Part shown: piece after piece, positions 44,606-56,800 of the stretch | Numbering within the stretch: the first letter of the stretch is position 1 | Layout: the number at the start of each line of letters is the position of its first letter | Source of the DNA: Mayamaea pseudoterrestris | Lineage: Eukaryota | DNA: 64,000 bases | Direction: 5' to 3' | NCBI GenBank assembly: GCA_027923505.1 | Contig: BROI01000019.1 | Span: forward strand, 124,001 to 188,000 | Program-made: the position numbers and the translations under genes | The notes under the pieces: model-generated | What the model was told of the DNA's origin: nothing | What the model saw: only the letters and a program-made list of their open reading frames with translations | Databases searched by the model: none

Positions 44606-45463
44606 ATGACCATCAACCCTTGCGACCCCATCTACCAAGTCTCCAAAGACTTTGCACCAGACAAAGAGTCTACATGGCCCCATCCAAAGGAGCAGGACGG
44701 CTGGGTGTTGGCACACAACTCGCTTCGCAGCGAGATCACCGCTTTGAAGTCTGCCTTGATGGCCATTCACAAGCGCGGAGGCATCAAGACGCAGTGGGAA
44801 ATCAAAGCGTTGCAGGGTGCATCAGCGGCGCACTTGGAGCATATCCATGCGCACCACTCCAACGAGGATGAAATCATGACTCCTTTCATTACGACACGCG
44901 CCAAATATCCGGACAGGGTGAGTGTCGAAATGCTACATGCTTTCGTCTTTCTGATTTGGAATCATTGTCAACGGTACGATTCGAAGCACTGACACCCTAC
45001 GCTTCACCTCACCACTCTACAGCTTACGGAAGACCATGACGGCATTGTTAAACAGCTCCGATTGCTTGAAAGCATGATCATGGCGCTCAAAGTCAGTGAT
45101 AATGTCGAAAAGCTCCTCAAGGAATTCATCGCCTACGAAGAGGACCTTTTGCCGCACTTGGCCGAAGAGGAAGAGATTGGCCTCCCACTCATGCGCGCCT
45201 ACTTTACACCCGAGGACCTCAAGCCAGCCATTGCTCGCATTGTCAAGCAATCCACCAAGCTCGAGTTGGGCAGTTTGGTTGGGGCTGCTGGGGAAGATTA
45301 CATTCGCAACACGTTCATGCCAAACGAAGGAATCCCATTTTTCGTTTGGCACATTGACTTTTATTGGAAGTACCGTCTCTTTCGCAAGCAGTTTTCCAAC
45401 AATGTGCAGGCCTTGGTGGAAGGCCAGGAGCAGAAGAAGAGCTTTTTGCGCACGTTGTTGTAA
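44606..45463 (+). CDS. Hemerythrin/HHE cation-binding domain protein (two exons)
   Basis: AHNSLRSE, HAHHSNED, EDH, PHLAEEE; intron 44918-45022 keeps frame. Confidence 0.88.
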
Positions 45464-45882
45464 CGCGAGAGGATGATTCAACCATACTGTCCCGGTTTGC
45501 GACGTGAATACATGTCAGAATAACACAGAATCATTAACTCTTTCGAGTAAAACATCTTTTATTTGTCACCATCTTCTTATCTACCTTCTACTAGCATCAT
45601 TTGAACGTTGGAAACCATTCAGCCGAAAATAAATTGTCCACATGCGAGCCAAAGCCACCACACAGGTTTTGCCAGCAAGATCAACATTCATAGAAAGCAG
45701 CCGTTTGCAAATTTTATCAAGCGTCACAGCAGAAAATGCAGCACTCGGTAACATGTAAGAATGAAGAAGGAGGGCTATCGATTTGCGCGGTTGCGGAATG
45801 CGAAAGCTCGGCATGATCCGAATGCACTTCATTGCAGCAACAGTAAGGAAAAGTAGACAGCTTTCCCATACATAAGCGACAT

Positions 45883-46737
45883 TCATCCCGCTTCCTCGAT
45901 ATCTTCCGTACTTGCTGCCGCGTTTGAGTCAACGTCTGCCGCCACAAGCGTAACAGCGGTGGCATCAGCAGCAACTTGATCCGGATCGGAGGGGCCAACA
46001 ATCAAATTATCGGCGGTAGGAATGGTTTGATTGTCACCAAGAGCATTTGCAGGATCCGTGTTTGTCGCATTTTGCGTCGCTGCTGCTTCTGATGCCTGTA
46101 GAGCTGTCGTCGCATCTGGCAAACCGATTGATTTCGACCGACTTGCCTCCGCATCGACAGGCCCGACAACAATTACATTGTCTGCCTCATTAATTGTAAC
46201 ATTACTGACTGACTCTTGAACATTCATATCTGCACTGTTCGTCAGCAAGTGCTCCTCCATCCAATTCGAGTCCTGCCGAGCCTGCGCATCGCTTCGACGC
46301 AATCGGACGGTCTGCGCTTGCTCCTGCTGCAGCTTGAGCTTGTTTGGCAAATGCGTCTCCTTCCATCCAAAGACCAAAATCGGAATGATTAAAAATACTG
46401 CCAGAACAATATACATGAGTCGAACTGGAATTTGGACGCGAAAAGTGCGTTTCGCTGTTGCGTCCGTCTTGTCACGCATCGAATAAAGTTCCACGGCGGC
46501 TCCTGTATTTGAAGTATTCAATTTCTGCTTTCGACTTGCAGTCCCAGAATAGGAAAAGGAGGGAGCATATCGACGCATCATTGTCGAGAAGGAACTAGCC
46601 GCTGCACCTGCCGCCGTCGCGTTGCTGCTTGACAATCCAGTGCTGGAGGCACCGGCTCCGTGCTGCGGCGTATACTGACGCCCATGACGCTTGTGCGCCG
46701 CAACATCTCCTCGATCGCTAGTTTTGTCGTCAAGCAT
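45883..46737 (-). CDS. Hypothetical single-pass membrane protein
   Basis: One TM helix (LMYIVLAVFLIIPILVFGW) and an acidic low-complexity tail. Confidence 0.7.
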   Translation of the reverse strand: MLDDKTSDRGDVAAHKRHGRQYTPQHGAGASSTGLSSSNATAAGAAASSFSTMMRRYAPSFSYSGTASRKQKLNTSNTGAAVELYSMRDKTDATAKRTFRVQIPVRLMYIVLAVFLIIPILVFGWKETHLPNKLKLQQEQAQTVRLRRSDAQARQDSNWMEEHLLTNSADMNVQESVSNVTINEADNVIVVGPVDAEASRSKSIGLPDATTALQASEAAATQNATNTDPANALGDNQTIPTADNLIVGPSDPDQVAADATAVTLVAADVDSNAAASTEDIEEAG

Positions 46738-47567
46738 ATTGTTCTCAATCGTCTATTAAAAGTCTTGGTTTTCTCTCTGGTGCATGTTGCCTTTTGCAAT
46801 GCAGGATGCAGGATGAATGGATTCGCTTGCAGCGTCAAGACGTCCCATTCACGTCGTAGTGAGACTGATTAAGGTGTCGGAGCGTGACTGACTGAACTTC
46901 GGTCGTGCAAACTTTGGTTGATGGCGCTAGCGCGTCATTGGCATACATGAACCGTCATCGAGGTACGTTCACGACAGCTGCGTCCGATTTGCTATATGCC
47001 CCTCGCGATAGCAAGTTGCCTCGAGAAAGTGATACAACGTTGTGTACGAGCTGTTTTCCGAACGCCTAAGTACTTTTGATCCTCGGACCATTTGGCAAAA
47101 CGTCCGAGCAACGACTGCAATTGCGTTTGTCGAAGATAGCAAACGGTGGACGAGCTTTCCAGTCCGTTTTTATTCACGTGGCGACGCGAGAGCCAATTGC
47201 CTGCGAGCAATCCTCGGAAGTTCAAATGTCATTGCGAGCGTCGGACACTTACCGGTACACATGGACGCAGGCGAGAATTGAGCGATGAAGAATCAACGGT
47301 GAACCATCGCTATCGACCGGAGAGTACATCTTTCAAGCAAAAAAGTATTTTCATTCACACTTATCGGTTGTTTTGATTGTAAACACTTGCTATGTTCAAA
47401 TTTGATTGGTGGATTTCGAGTTCGCGTTAATTCACAAAGGCTTTCCATGCGCAAGTCACCAACGGCTTCGCATGCGGATCCAACCCGACGACAAGCGCCG
47501 ACTCAAAAATCGCACACAATTCGAAAATGCGCATACTACGAATTTACCAGCCAACTACTTCGAAAGG

Positions 47568-48751
47568 ATGAAGATCTCCCAAGTGTACTCGACTCTCCTG
47601 TTCCTCGCCAGCGCGACGTTGGCGCGCAGCGTTGATTGCGAGTCTGCTTACGCTCTCTGTGGCCAAGGCACGACACCCCAGTGTTTCCTTGAAGATTCAC
47701 GATTGCCCAAGCCCAAGAAGTGGGGCTGGCACAACCAGATCACTGGTACGTTTGATGCGACGACCGAAATCACGTGTACCCTGTGGGCGGGCGCGGCAAA
47801 GTGCAATACCGACGACAAAACAAACGTGGGAACTGCAACTATTACGTCCGACTCCTTTTCTATCGATTGGGCGGGGGGTTATGATATCGGTGAAGTGCAC
47901 TTTTACCATGGTACTGTTCCGTACCCAAAGCTCAACGGAGTGAACACTGTCGCTCCCGGTCAGTTTTCCAATGGCTTGGTCTATCCGGCTTCGGAGACTT
48001 CTTGGGACATTTTTGGTGATCCACTGACAATGGGTAATTACTTTATCCTTCACGCAAAAATCTGCCCAGTTGTAAGTAATATTGTTGAGATGATCAGAAC
48101 AACGCATATCTTACTCAGCGATCATACTAACTGCCTCTATCTTCATCGCAGGCTCCAAGTGGATCCCCGTCGGCCGTTCCAAGCCCTGGACCTTCCGCCG
48201 TTCCAAGCCCATCGCCTTCCGCCGTTCCAAGCCCATCGCCCTCCGCCGTACCAAGCCCAACCCCCTCCAACGTCCCGAGTCACACTCCTTCCAATGTCCC
48301 GAGTCGCCGTCCCTCGTTGCGCCCGGTTGGCACATGCCAGGAAGACACAGCCTACGCCAAGTGCGAATTGGTCAATAACCCCGTTTGCTTTACGGATACA
48401 AACAACTGGGGTTGGACTCACGGAGTGCCGAACATTGGTACCTTCAGCTGCACACTCTGGGCTGGAGCGGCGCAATGCGACACAAGTGACTTGAAGAAAC
48501 AAGCTGGTACCGCCATTTCCACCGACGGTAAGGAGTTTACGATTAGTTTGAACCCCCAGTGGCGTTTGTTGGAGGTCCATTTCTATCATGACGTAGCACT
48601 CCCGACCAACGGTGCTGGCAAGGTTGTTTACGCGCCGGGCACGTGGACGGGATACACTGTCGATAACGTGGACTTTACCTTTGATATCGACGAAGGAGGT
48701 TTGCAGACCAACGAATATTTCATCTTGCACACGAAGGTTTGCAAGTATTAG
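47568..48751 (+). CDS. Secreted protein with two homologous Cys/Trp domains joined by a Pro/Ser repeat linker (two exons)
   Basis: Signal peptide; intron 48072-48151; both domains share C..AYA.C, WGW, CTLWAGAAxC, EVHFYH, APG and YFILHxKxC. Confidence 0.85.
48155..48315 (+). repeat. 24-bp coding tandem repeat (PSAVPSPS)
   Basis: Several degenerate ccttccgccgttccaagcccatcg units. Confidence 0.85.
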
Positions 48752-49025
48752 TGAGGAGTGCTGCATACAGATCACTCTAGGGTAAATAATAGCGATTTAG
48801 CGCATCGGTTACGACATCCTTGCTCTCAAGTAGCATTCAAATATACCGTAGTATGTGCACTGCATAGGCTATTCATAATTAGCAAGTTATCGCAAGCTAG
48901 CAACATCTGGCAACCTGATTTTTTCTAGCAATGGAGTCATCGGTGCGACATGCACGTCCGTCATTCACCCGTTTCATCGCGCCTTCCATCCATCGCGCGC
49001 TGCACAACATTCTTTCAAAGTCACC

Positions 49026-50894
49026 ATGGCGAGTCTGTTCCAACAGCCAGCTACACAGGCCATTCGCGGACAGTTTGATGATGCCGTTGAAGATGATAAT
49101 GATGAGCTAATGTCGCTAAGATTGTCAAGGGAGCTTGATATAAGGGCGCCCTTGCCGGTCAATTCGCAGCAGCAATCGACCGACCGACAACAATTTCTGC
49201 ATCATGCTGTTGATGAAACTAGCGACGAGGACGACGATGACGACTGGTACGACGACCAAGACGACGACATGGATCCAACCTCCATGAGTCATGTTCGTTT
49301 AACTAGCAACACGAATAGCGCCGGCACTAGCATGTCGAGCAAGCAACTGAATTTGAGTCATGCCGTTGCCAATCGCGTCAATCAGCTGCAGCACTTGGAG
49401 CTTTCCAAGTCAAGCAAAACGCAGGGCCGAGATGATCGAGCGACGAGTGAGCAAGTCATGGATCCGCGGACTCGCATGATCTTGTTCAAGCTACTGTCGA
49501 GAGGGTTCCTGAAAAAGATTGACGGGTGCTTGTCGACGGGCAAGGAAGCCAATGTTTACTATGCAACGTCTGGAGCAACTGCAACTGCTGCTGCCATTGG
49601 CAGTGAAATAGACGCATTTGAAACTACAACAACAGCTATTACAGAATACGCCATCAAGATTTATAAAACATCCATTCTCGTCTTCAAGGACCGCGATCGC
49701 TACGTTTCCGGCGAAAACCGTTGGAAGCGAGGCTACTGCAAAAGCAATCCCCGCAAAATGGTCAAGGTTTGGGCCGAGAAGGAGATGCGCAACTACAAGC
49801 GCATTTACGGTGCCAACATTCCTACGCCATGTCCAATACTGCTCAAGAGTCATGTACTCGTCATGGAGTTTCTTGGCCGCGACGGATGGCCGTCGCCTCG
49901 ACTCAAGGATGCCGTCCTGTCGGAGAAGCGACTGCGGGAAGCCTACGTGCAGTGTATACTTATACTGAGACGCTTGTACCAACGCTGTCGGCTGGTGCAT
50001 GGCGACTTGAGCGAATACAATCTACTGTGGCATGATGAGCAAATTTACGTCATTGACGTTTCACAATCGGTGGAGACGGATCATCCTTCCGCCATTGACT
50101 TTTTGCGCAAGGACATATCCAATGTCAATGACTATTTTCGCAAGATTGGTAACTTGAATGTCATGACGACGAGACAGCTCTTTGAGTTTACGACCATGCC
50201 ACTGGATGACGATTCGGAAGCGACCGAGCTGGCATGCTTGGATAAGATGATGCACTTTGTTGACGATCATGCCGAGCAGTTGGCGCAGGCGACGGATCAA
50301 GATCGCCGACGGACGGAGCAACAAGAGTCGGTTGACGAAGCCGTGTTTATGAGCAGCTTTTTGCCACGCAGCTTGAACCAAGTGTCCGAAGTCGAGATTC
50401 AAAAACTTGCCAAAGGCGAGGTGGAAGATACGTATGCACACGCGGTTGCCTCGTTGACGGGTAACAAGGACGTTGTCGATGCCGTGGCCGAAAAGTTGGG
50501 ACGGGAGAATGGCATGACCAAGACGATGCAGTCTATACTACAAACGTCCGACGATGTAGATAACGATGGTAGCCGTGATGGACGCGTCAAACATGTTCAA
50601 ATCAATGTCGATCAGTCGAACGAATCAAATAGCAATCCTGCCGAGGACTCGGACGGCGATAGCGACGATGATAGTGAGTCGGACGATGACGGAGTGAGCG
50701 ACGGAAGCACCGACTTTGTCAGGAAACCAATGACACCCGAGGAACACGAAGCAACGCGAGCAGCGAGGCGCGCGGAGCGACGAGAAAACAAAAAGAATGT
50801 CAAGGAGTCGCAGAAGGACAAGAGAAAGGAAAAGATTAAGAAGAAGGACAAGAAACGAGCTATTAAAAAGTCGAAAGCCGGAAGTAAAAAGTAG
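49026..50894 (+). CDS. RIO1: Serine/threonine kinase RIO1
   Basis: DRATSEQVMDPRT, STGKEANVY, AIKIYKTSILVFKDR, LVHGDLSEYN, IDVSQSVE; Lys-rich tail. Confidence 0.97.
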   Translation: MASLFQQPATQAIRGQFDDAVEDDNDELMSLRLSRELDIRAPLPVNSQQQSTDRQQFLHHAVDETSDEDDDDDWYDDQDDDMDPTSMSHVRLTSNTNSAGTSMSSKQLNLSHAVANRVNQLQHLELSKSSKTQGRDDRATSEQVMDPRTRMILFKLLSRGFLKKIDGCLSTGKEANVYYATSGATATAAAIGSEIDAFETTTTAITEYAIKIYKTSILVFKDRDRYVSGENRWKRGYCKSNPRKMVKVWAEKEMRNYKRIYGANIPTPCPILLKSHVLVMEFLGRDGWPSPRLKDAVLSEKRLREAYVQCILILRRLYQRCRLVHGDLSEYNLLWHDEQIYVIDVSQSVETDHPSAIDFLRKDISNVNDYFRKIGNLNVMTTRQLFEFTTMPLDDDSEATELACLDKMMHFVDDHAEQLAQATDQDRRRTEQQESVDEAVFMSSFLPRSLNQVSEVEIQKLAKGEVEDTYAHAVASLTGNKDVVDAVAEKLGRENGMTKTMQSILQTSDDVDNDGSRDGRVKHVQINVDQSNESNSNPAEDSDGDSDDDSESDDDGVSDGSTDFVRKPMTPEEHEATRAARRAERRENKKNVKESQKDKRKEKIKKKDKKRAIKKSKAGSKK

Positions 50895-51145
50895 GAGCTT
50901 GTCAATAGCATAGTCAGCAACCTTTTGCTTGTGTTTTAATGACAGAACATGTTTACAGTTAGTACGTTTACATGACACCACGCGATGCAATATCACCACT
51001 TTAATAAAATATGTATACTAATAGACGTAGTTCACCAGACTATTCTACTCGCATTATTCTTCCTTCTCAGCAAACATCTTACGTAAACATCCATTCGCAA
51101 TTTCAAAAAACAAAGCAACCTGTTCCGACCCAGCACTAGACCAAA

Positions 51146-52916
51146 TCACGCCTCATTGGCCCGCTTTTCCTCCAACTTTTCAATCTGTCCGGTCGACACA
51201 AACTCGAGAATTTTCTCCGCACTCTTTGCCCCAATATTCGCAACTTTGGTCTTAGCGCCTTTGCCTAAACTCATGGCATTCTCCGGAGTCACGACAAAGT
51301 CAAGGTTCTGAAGCGCAGTGGCAACTTTCGAGTGGACGACACCGCCATTGCGATTGCCTTCCTTGAAATAAAACTCAGCAAGTGCCTGAAAGGCGCTCAC
51401 CACCGGAAGATTCTCTGGACACTTGCAACTGTCTTTCAGCGCCGCTTGCTTCTTCGCAGCCTTGTCGTCCTTAGCCTCGCGGAACCCAAGCTCGTTGACA
51501 AGGCTCCGTACAATATCAGCCACTGGCTGCGAGCGATTGGCCGCCACCATGGCGCCAACCTTGTGCTTGGCATCGCCTTCGTCATCCGGCAAGTCAATCA
51601 GCTTGGAGCACGACTTGAGCAATTTGTAAATGGCAGCCGTTGCCTTTTTAATGCCTTCATTGTTATGCAGCTCCAAATCAAGTTTATTGGCTTGTTTGAT
51701 CAAGTCGGCAATAGCTGGATCGCTGTCAGAAGTAGATGGCGCCTCACCTTTGGCTTCGGCAATGAGACGATCCATTTCCTCATCCTCCTCCTTGGTCGGC
51801 ATCTTCATAAGCCTGTCGTATTTGTAGTAAAAGAGTGAGAATCATCGATTCAAAAGCAACAAAGGATCGACCAAAAGAAACGCACCATGGTTGCCAGCGC
51901 GGGGCACTCTCCGCCTTGCCATGATATTGACACGCAACTCGCACGTTACGCTCCTCGTCAAAGGCTCCACTGCAAGTCACCGTCGCACCGTCGTCATGCA
52001 GCTTCAATCGGCCACCCTCACAAAGGGTGCATCGAGCCAGTCGTCCTCGCAAGGCTCCGTCCAAAACGCGAATCATGAGAACTGGCTTGGTTCCAGTCAC
52101 ATGCTGACGGTTCCACTGGAGAATTTCCTTCAAATCAGCGATTGAAAGCTTGTGAATGGCTCCATACGTTTCAACGAGAATACTCATGTCATCCTTGGTC
52201 TTTTTTGAGGCCGACGGTTTATCGTCCTGCGTCGCATCGTAACGACTCTTGATTTCCGCCAGCCACGTTTTACCAGCCGACGACTCGTTGTCGCCATCCT
52301 CCTTGCTCTTGGCAACGGCTGCCTTTTTCGCTTCCAGTATCTCTGCAATCTCATCAGCGCGACTTGGCAAAATGTCTCCACTGTCATCGCGCAAATTGTC
52401 GCGCACAAAATCATGGGCCGTGACGCCTTGCTGCACCATTTTGCGAGGAAGCGTAAAGCACTCCAAATGGTTCCAAAAAGTCATGTCAAAGTCGTCGCGA
52501 GGAGTGTGCGTTCCAATGCGCATCGCATCTTTTTCAATCTTGGACTTGCACTTTTTGCACGAGGCGCGGCTACTCTTGGCGAGCTATAAAAATGTGTTAT
52601 GTTTTGTTGAAAGGTGAAAGCATTGTGAATGAGTGGAAGGAAATCGCAAGTGCAGTCGTAGCAAATGAGAAGATTGCAGAGTTCATGTTATAACATTTAC
52701 ATGCAATATGGAAGAAGGAAAAGGAGATTGTCGAAACGTGTCAGACTGTTTGATTATGCGAACAGTGTCATTGGGACGAGCAAATGCAAGCAAGCCATGC
52801 GCCATGCACCCCATCGTCGAGACTGGTAAATTGAAGATTGAAGGCAGCATGATGCGTTGCGATCTTTATTGCTCAAACATATTCCTTACCTCGACCGAGT
52901 ACGTTGTACTGCTCAT
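51146..52916 (-). CDS. PARP-type zinc finger + PADR1 + helix-hairpin-helix protein with no PARP catalytic domain (three exons)
   Basis: Exons 52916-52890, 52583-51886 and 51812-51146; YSVE|LAKSSRASCKKC..WNHLEC; GRLARCTLC..VTCSG..VAC; KVANIGAKSAEKILEFVSTGQIEKLE. Confidence 0.8.
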
Positions 52917-53392
52917 GTTTGCTCAGAAAATAATAGTCAAGGGTACGTTTTCGCAATGGTTTGGCAGCGCAAGGTTGCCTTCGTGCATTTTGTGTGTTGC
53001 AGCTTCGTGCGGATCCAAGGCGCGCCAAGGCATATCTTAGCGGTACTCAGGCGCGGCAAACGCAAGATCCAATGCGTTTTGGCGATGCTACCGTTGATCA
53101 TCACGAGCTTGAACTTGGCAATTGATTGTTGGTCAAAGCGATTTGAACTTATGAATTGAGGTATTTTCGTTCGTATGCTCTGTTTGACCCCAAAGAATAC
53201 CAAGAAATATTGCACTCACTTGAATGAAGACATTACATTTACAGTTAGTGATGGCGTACGTATGGAGCTGGCTGCGATTAAAAATGTAACTCTTGATGTA
53301 TGTACCGTAGGTGCATGAAGTTCAAACTATCAATAAAATTAGCGAGTGAAAATAATGCATAGCTTATGTAGTTTAAGATACAAAAAGAACGT

Positions 53393-54196
53393 CTACGCCG
53401 CAGCCGCCCCTCTACTTGTGCACGACAATGGTCCACCGCCACTGGAGCAATCCAGCAGCTGCAACTGCTGATGCAGCTTTTGTAAATGCTGACAGCAATG
53501 GTTCTGCGCCATTACGGCTGACGGCGTCGTCATTGACGGATCAGCTTGTTGTTGCTGCCTTTTCAGCAGAGTGGCTTGCACCAGACTGCACGTGGCAACG
53601 TAGGCGACGGCCATGATGCAGTGACACTGCGTAACGTTGGCGACGCGGTTGTCTGCTTCCGCGGCAGCCATGGTTTGCTCATATCGTTTAGATAGCATGG
53701 TCAAGCACAGTCGCAAGAGTTTTCTAGCAGATGGTGACGGTGATGATGACTTGGCGTCTTGACTTTTGCGAACATTGCTGCTGCTGCAAAGTTGCGACGC
53801 AGCGTAGTTTTGTAGCGCAATGCAGGAATCAATCTCCAAGTCTCGTTCACCTTGATTCTCGCGTCCGTAGTCTTCAATGCGAATCAGAGTCGTTTGCTTG
53901 ACTCGGATGCTGCCATGGTCGTGAACAAACGCCGAGCTGCAAGCGTCATCAGATACAATGACAAACATGCCAAGTTCCTTGGAGTCTCGTCGCGGCTTGG
54001 TCAATCGTTGCATGGCGCGATGGACCGTTTGCTCCACCTTTTTTGCCTCCTCGTCCGACTGGCCTGACGATGCAATCTTGAGCAAGACGATCACGTCACG
54101 AAAGGTTGCCTTGGCTTGACTGTGGCATCCCTTCTCCATTAAGGAGCATCCAATGTTGTTGAGCGCGACTGCGCCTCGGTAAGCATGGTTCATCAT
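53393..54196 (-). CDS. Hypothetical protein with N-terminal TPR-like helix pair
   Basis: AVALNNIGCSLMEKG..AKATFRD; ends GAAAA*. Confidence 0.7.
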   Translation of the reverse strand: MMNHAYRGAVALNNIGCSLMEKGCHSQAKATFRDVIVLLKIASSGQSDEEAKKVEQTVHRAMQRLTKPRRDSKELGMFVIVSDDACSSAFVHDHGSIRVKQTTLIRIEDYGRENQGERDLEIDSCIALQNYAASQLCSSSNVRKSQDAKSSSPSPSARKLLRLCLTMLSKRYEQTMAAAEADNRVANVTQCHCIMAVAYVATCSLVQATLLKRQQQQADPSMTTPSAVMAQNHCCQHLQKLHQQLQLLDCSSGGGPLSCTSRGAAAA

Positions 54197-54858
54197 GATC
54201 TATATATAGTAGGTTTGGTTGTTGATTGCACGAATTACAATTGTGAGAGGAGAGGAGGAGAAGAGGCTTGTCGACAAACGCTCGAGCGATTAGTCCGAAT
54301 GCAAACGTGACTTCGTTTTCTCGGACTTTCTTTTTCCGTTCTTCGCATCATATGGCAGATGTTTTGTGTGTCAATGGCAAATAAAGTACGTTTTCCTACA
54401 ACCTGACGCACAGTGACGCTTTGGAAAGTGCGTGAGTGATCTTGGTCTGACTCGACCAGATTTTTCACCGTATGGCAAAGCCATGTTTGCTCAATAAAGT
54501 AGCTAGTACATGGGGTCCATAACCTACCTTACTATAGAATAGTATTACCTTAGAGAATTATATTATTCAAAAGAGCAGAAGTGGCAGTTAAAACATGCGC
54601 TGAAAGCAGTACACTTAATTACCTGCAGGTTGAATTTCAATGCGAGTCCGACCATGGCGATAGGGAAACGTACTCGGAAAGGCACAGCATGCATCCGGAG
54701 TAATTATGGTTCACCTTTGTGACACATTCGTCACTCGGCGAGATTCCGAGACGAAACGGTTGAGTGCCGGATGATTCATTTTCTTTCGGAAGCTTCTTTG
54801 ATCGTCGCATTTGATCCGGTCACACTTGCCAACGCGAATAGCTTGTTGACGTCGCACC

Positions 54859-56652
54859 ATGCTCTTCTTTCTTGACATGCCAAACAACATATGCGGCGAC
54901 AGCAGCAGCAATGCTGATTCTCATTCGTGGTTGTGGATCGGTCTATGGCTGTGCCTCTACAAGATCTATGCGGCATCATTGATGGCCCTTTGCTCCGGCG
55001 AGTCCACGTCTGACGAAACAACATACTCTCGTCGCTGCTTGCTGTCAAACGTCAAGGAACACTTGCTGGTATCGATATGTCCCAGGCGAAGAGCAAGATT
55101 TTTAAAATGTCAACAGCGTCGGCGCAAAACTTGTCGACGAAGGGACGACGAAGAAGGTGACAGCAACGAATCTCACCAAGAATCTGCATCATCATCATCG
55201 TCATGCTGTCGCCAGGCGGACCAATGCTGCGACAAGCTATGCGAGTTTGGCAAGGCGTTCTTCAAGCTTCACTTGCCTCCTCCACTTCCCTTTTTCAAGC
55301 GACGCAAGTCCAAGCAGCAGAATGCATCTTGTCCCGATGACGCTGCTGACAATGATACCAGTTCATCGTCCGGCGACTCATCCACGTCTGAAACAATTAC
55401 GAAACCGCCCCAGCATACAGTGCCGCAGCCACTACAGAAACCATCTCGATCATCATCAACACTATTGATTGACATGGCCCGCATGCAGCAGTGGAACGTG
55501 TTACTGAATCACGTCAATCGCCGCGGCGCCAAGCATCGCGACCAGGATGGCTTGCATCCCCTCCATTGGGCCTGCAGCGGATCACCGCCACTCGCCGTAG
55601 TACAAGCCCTCCTTGACGCTTACCCATCGGCGGCGCGCAAGCTGGATGCGGAAGGATCGACGCCGCTGCATTTTGCGACGCACTACGCGGCGCCACTCGC
55701 CGTGATGGAGTGTTTGCTGATGGCGTATCCGAAAGCGGTCAAGATGCAGGACAAGTATGGTCGGACGCCACTATATCATGCCGTGGAAAAGTCGCTGAGT
55801 CTTGATGTCATCAAGCTGCTCGTCAATGTTGATGCTGGTTGCATATTGCTACCATGTTTGCCCAAGAGCAAGCGAACTGCAGCGCCAGTCGAAACGCGAG
55901 ACGTTGCCGTTCGAACGCCACTGTACTTGGCGTGGGCGTCTGCGCTCAAGGATCGATCCACGCGACTCAAGTGCAAGGGCAAGCAGTGGGACAAGGCTGA
56001 ATGGTTGCTGCAGCAGGCTGCAATGACACGAGCGAATGTTGACGCCAAGAGTTTGTTGGAGCAGATTGTGACAATGGATTTGTTCATGCCGGAGCAACTA
56101 GTTAATTTTGTCTTGCATGCTCGACCCGAACTTGGCAATGAACCAAACGCGTTAATGACAGCCGCGTCGATGCAACATTACTCGTGTGAGCGCGCCATAC
56201 ATCTCATTCGCGCGTTGCTGCATCATAATACTGCCGCTGCTTCGGCATTGACGGGCAATGGAAGATCCATTTTGGCCTGCGCCGCCAACGCAAATCAGCC
56301 ATGGGAAGTGATACAAGCATTGTTCGAGTTTTCGCCAGAGATGATTCAATGGCGAGATGCACGCACCGGGCTTGCGCCCGCCATGTTGGCAGCAGCGAGC
56401 GAGCAAGTGACTGTCATGAGGCAAGGCGTGCATGGAGTCATTGATTCGGATCCTTACAATTTGCTGCCGGCCAAGGAAAAGGAGCTGTTGAACGCGTCAA
56501 CAATGACGACAATGCCGTCTACATCATTGGAAGCACCTATCAATCATGATGCATTACATTTGAATACAATATATAATTTGCTGCAAATGGATCCATCGGT
56601 TGTATGGAATGCGAGCAACCGTCCGTTATCACGCCCTATTTTGATGGCGTAA
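54859..56652 (+). CDS. Ankyrin-repeat protein
   Basis: GLHPLHWAC, GSTPLHFA, GRTPLYHA, RTPLYLA. Confidence 0.85.
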   Translation: MLFFLDMPNNICGDSSSNADSHSWLWIGLWLCLYKIYAASLMALCSGESTSDETTYSRRCLLSNVKEHLLVSICPRRRARFLKCQQRRRKTCRRRDDEEGDSNESHQESASSSSSCCRQADQCCDKLCEFGKAFFKLHLPPPLPFFKRRKSKQQNASCPDDAADNDTSSSSGDSSTSETITKPPQHTVPQPLQKPSRSSSTLLIDMARMQQWNVLLNHVNRRGAKHRDQDGLHPLHWACSGSPPLAVVQALLDAYPSAARKLDAEGSTPLHFATHYAAPLAVMECLLMAYPKAVKMQDKYGRTPLYHAVEKSLSLDVIKLLVNVDAGCILLPCLPKSKRTAAPVETRDVAVRTPLYLAWASALKDRSTRLKCKGKQWDKAEWLLQQAAMTRANVDAKSLLEQIVTMDLFMPEQLVNFVLHARPELGNEPNALMTAASMQHYSCERAIHLIRALLHHNTAAASALTGNGRSILACAANANQPWEVIQALFEFSPEMIQWRDARTGLAPAMLAAASEQVTVMRQGVHGVIDSDPYNLLPAKEKELLNASTMTTMPSTSLEAPINHDALHLNTIYNLLQMDPSVVWNASNRPLSRPILMA

Positions 56653-56800
56653 TAAGAACACGGACTCTCACTGTGGACACATTTATGTTCTATATAATCT
56701 TTTGGCTGTACATAAGATATATTTTCTTTCTTATACGTATATATACAAATATTATCTGGCACCTGCTAATCCATGTCCTCATCATGTACCTACTTTGTTC

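Noticed and set aside
44323..44871. 182-aa ORF upstream of and overlapping the hemerythrin gene
   Set aside because: GTG start, overlaps a well-supported gene in another frame, no motifs
48155..48315. Regular repeats as a CRISPR array
   Set aside because: There are no spacers; it is an in-frame Pro/Ser coding repeat in a eukaryotic gene
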